A stretch of DNA of 64,000 nucleotides, taken from positions 301,739,749 to 301,803,748 of the forward strand of contig NC_085842.1 of NCBI RefSeq assembly GCF_035594765.1, in the 5' to 3' direction. Position 1 is the stretch's first letter, and each line of letters opens with the position of its first letter. Source of the DNA: Anolis carolinensis. Lineage: Eukaryota. The notes under the pieces are model-generated. The model was not told the origin of the DNA, made no database searches, and was given only the letters and a program-made list of their open reading frames with translations. Positions 62,949-64,000 of this stretch are shown piece after piece. Made by a program: the position numbers and the translations under genes.

Positions 62949-64000
62949 CCTACCTTAACCATAATAAGTAGATAGTAGATCTTCTATTCTCATGGAGAGA
63001 CATCAGCCTCATTGATTCAGTCAAATGAGTCAATTCACATACTACAGTAAAAGGCCAAAACAAAAAGTCATTCACTTTCCCAGCAGATGTCCATCAATTA
63101 AACTCTTTGCCATTTAATTTGGTTCACCAGCTCATGTTTAGCTAACATCCTCTGTTGCCTTGTGGCAGTCCCTCCTGCACTAGACATGGTGTAGCCAAGG
63201 CTTGAATTTGCAGCAGCCAATTTGGACTTTATTGTAAGAAACCACCTTTCCATGCCATTTGTGAGATCAGAGATCCTGGCAGCTTACCAAGATGGTGACA
63301 CCCGGCATCACATGATTTTGGTAGTTGCTCTACTCTGTGGTCACTTGACCAGACTTTCTGTTGGGAAAGGAATTCTATTGTCCCACAACTATAATTTTTT
63401 AAAGTTTTAAAAAATGTTTCACAGTTTTAAAAATCTTTTTAACTTTAATTACTAAGAGAGGAAGTGAGGGAAAGGGGGAAAACAGGACAACCCTATTCTT
63501 GATGTTATTTCTATGCTGGCATGTCAACATAAAAGCAGCTGACAATCATCTCACAGGCAGGCTTTGTCACCATAGTGTAATCAGGGGCTATTGATGGGTT
63601 TCACTTATTAATTGCAGGTGACGGTTTTGCTGCGGTGTGGTGTCAGACCAGCAAACAATTGCCATTTCCATGCAATAAAGTTGTTTGTCTTCAGGTAAAC
63701 TATATTTGGCTAAATAATCAATCATCTTCTATATTATAAATAAAAGTCACCTATAATCTAACCCCAAATGTGAGTCTTAAATATAATAGAAATTTTAAAA
63801 ATCAACAGAAATCTGAAAGGTAGTTATTAGTTATGCAAAATCAATTGATTAAATTGGTCTACTTTAATGAAAATTTTATTTCAATATGAGCTATAGGGTC
63901 TATAATTTCAAATTTTCAAGTTACAGGCAAATAGTCACTGCATCCAGGAAAAAAATGAGTGTACAATCTTTGCAGAATTTCTTTCCTTGAGCATCCCAGC

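Overview
AT-rich vertebrate genomic DNA with one assembly gap (7322-7456). The repeat content (Sauria-type SINEs, 5S-derived SINE, BovB, RTE, R4/Dong, L2, CR1, Vingi, Penelope, many hAT/mariner/Harbinger MITEs) points to a squamate, most probably an Anolis lizard; this is inferred from remembered repeat families, not from a search. I recognise no host protein-coding gene, so the window looks intronic or intergenic. All ORFs with recognisable homology are transposon remnants. Most interesting signals: (1) minimal hammerhead-ribozyme motifs in TSD-flanked Penelope fold-back units, plus an older, decayed hammerhead-like family; (2) a Tc2-like DNA transposon carrying a CpG-rich, GC-box/hairpin core; (3) a young (TAA)n-targeted R4/Dong copy lacking its nuclease core but fused in frame to a host Kozak ATG; (4) SINEs that share a Sauria-type head but have BovB-type or Vingi-type tails, with both LINE partners nearby; (5) snap-back templated insertions and microhomology deletions. 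Family names come from recall and need RepeatMasker/Dfam confirmation.
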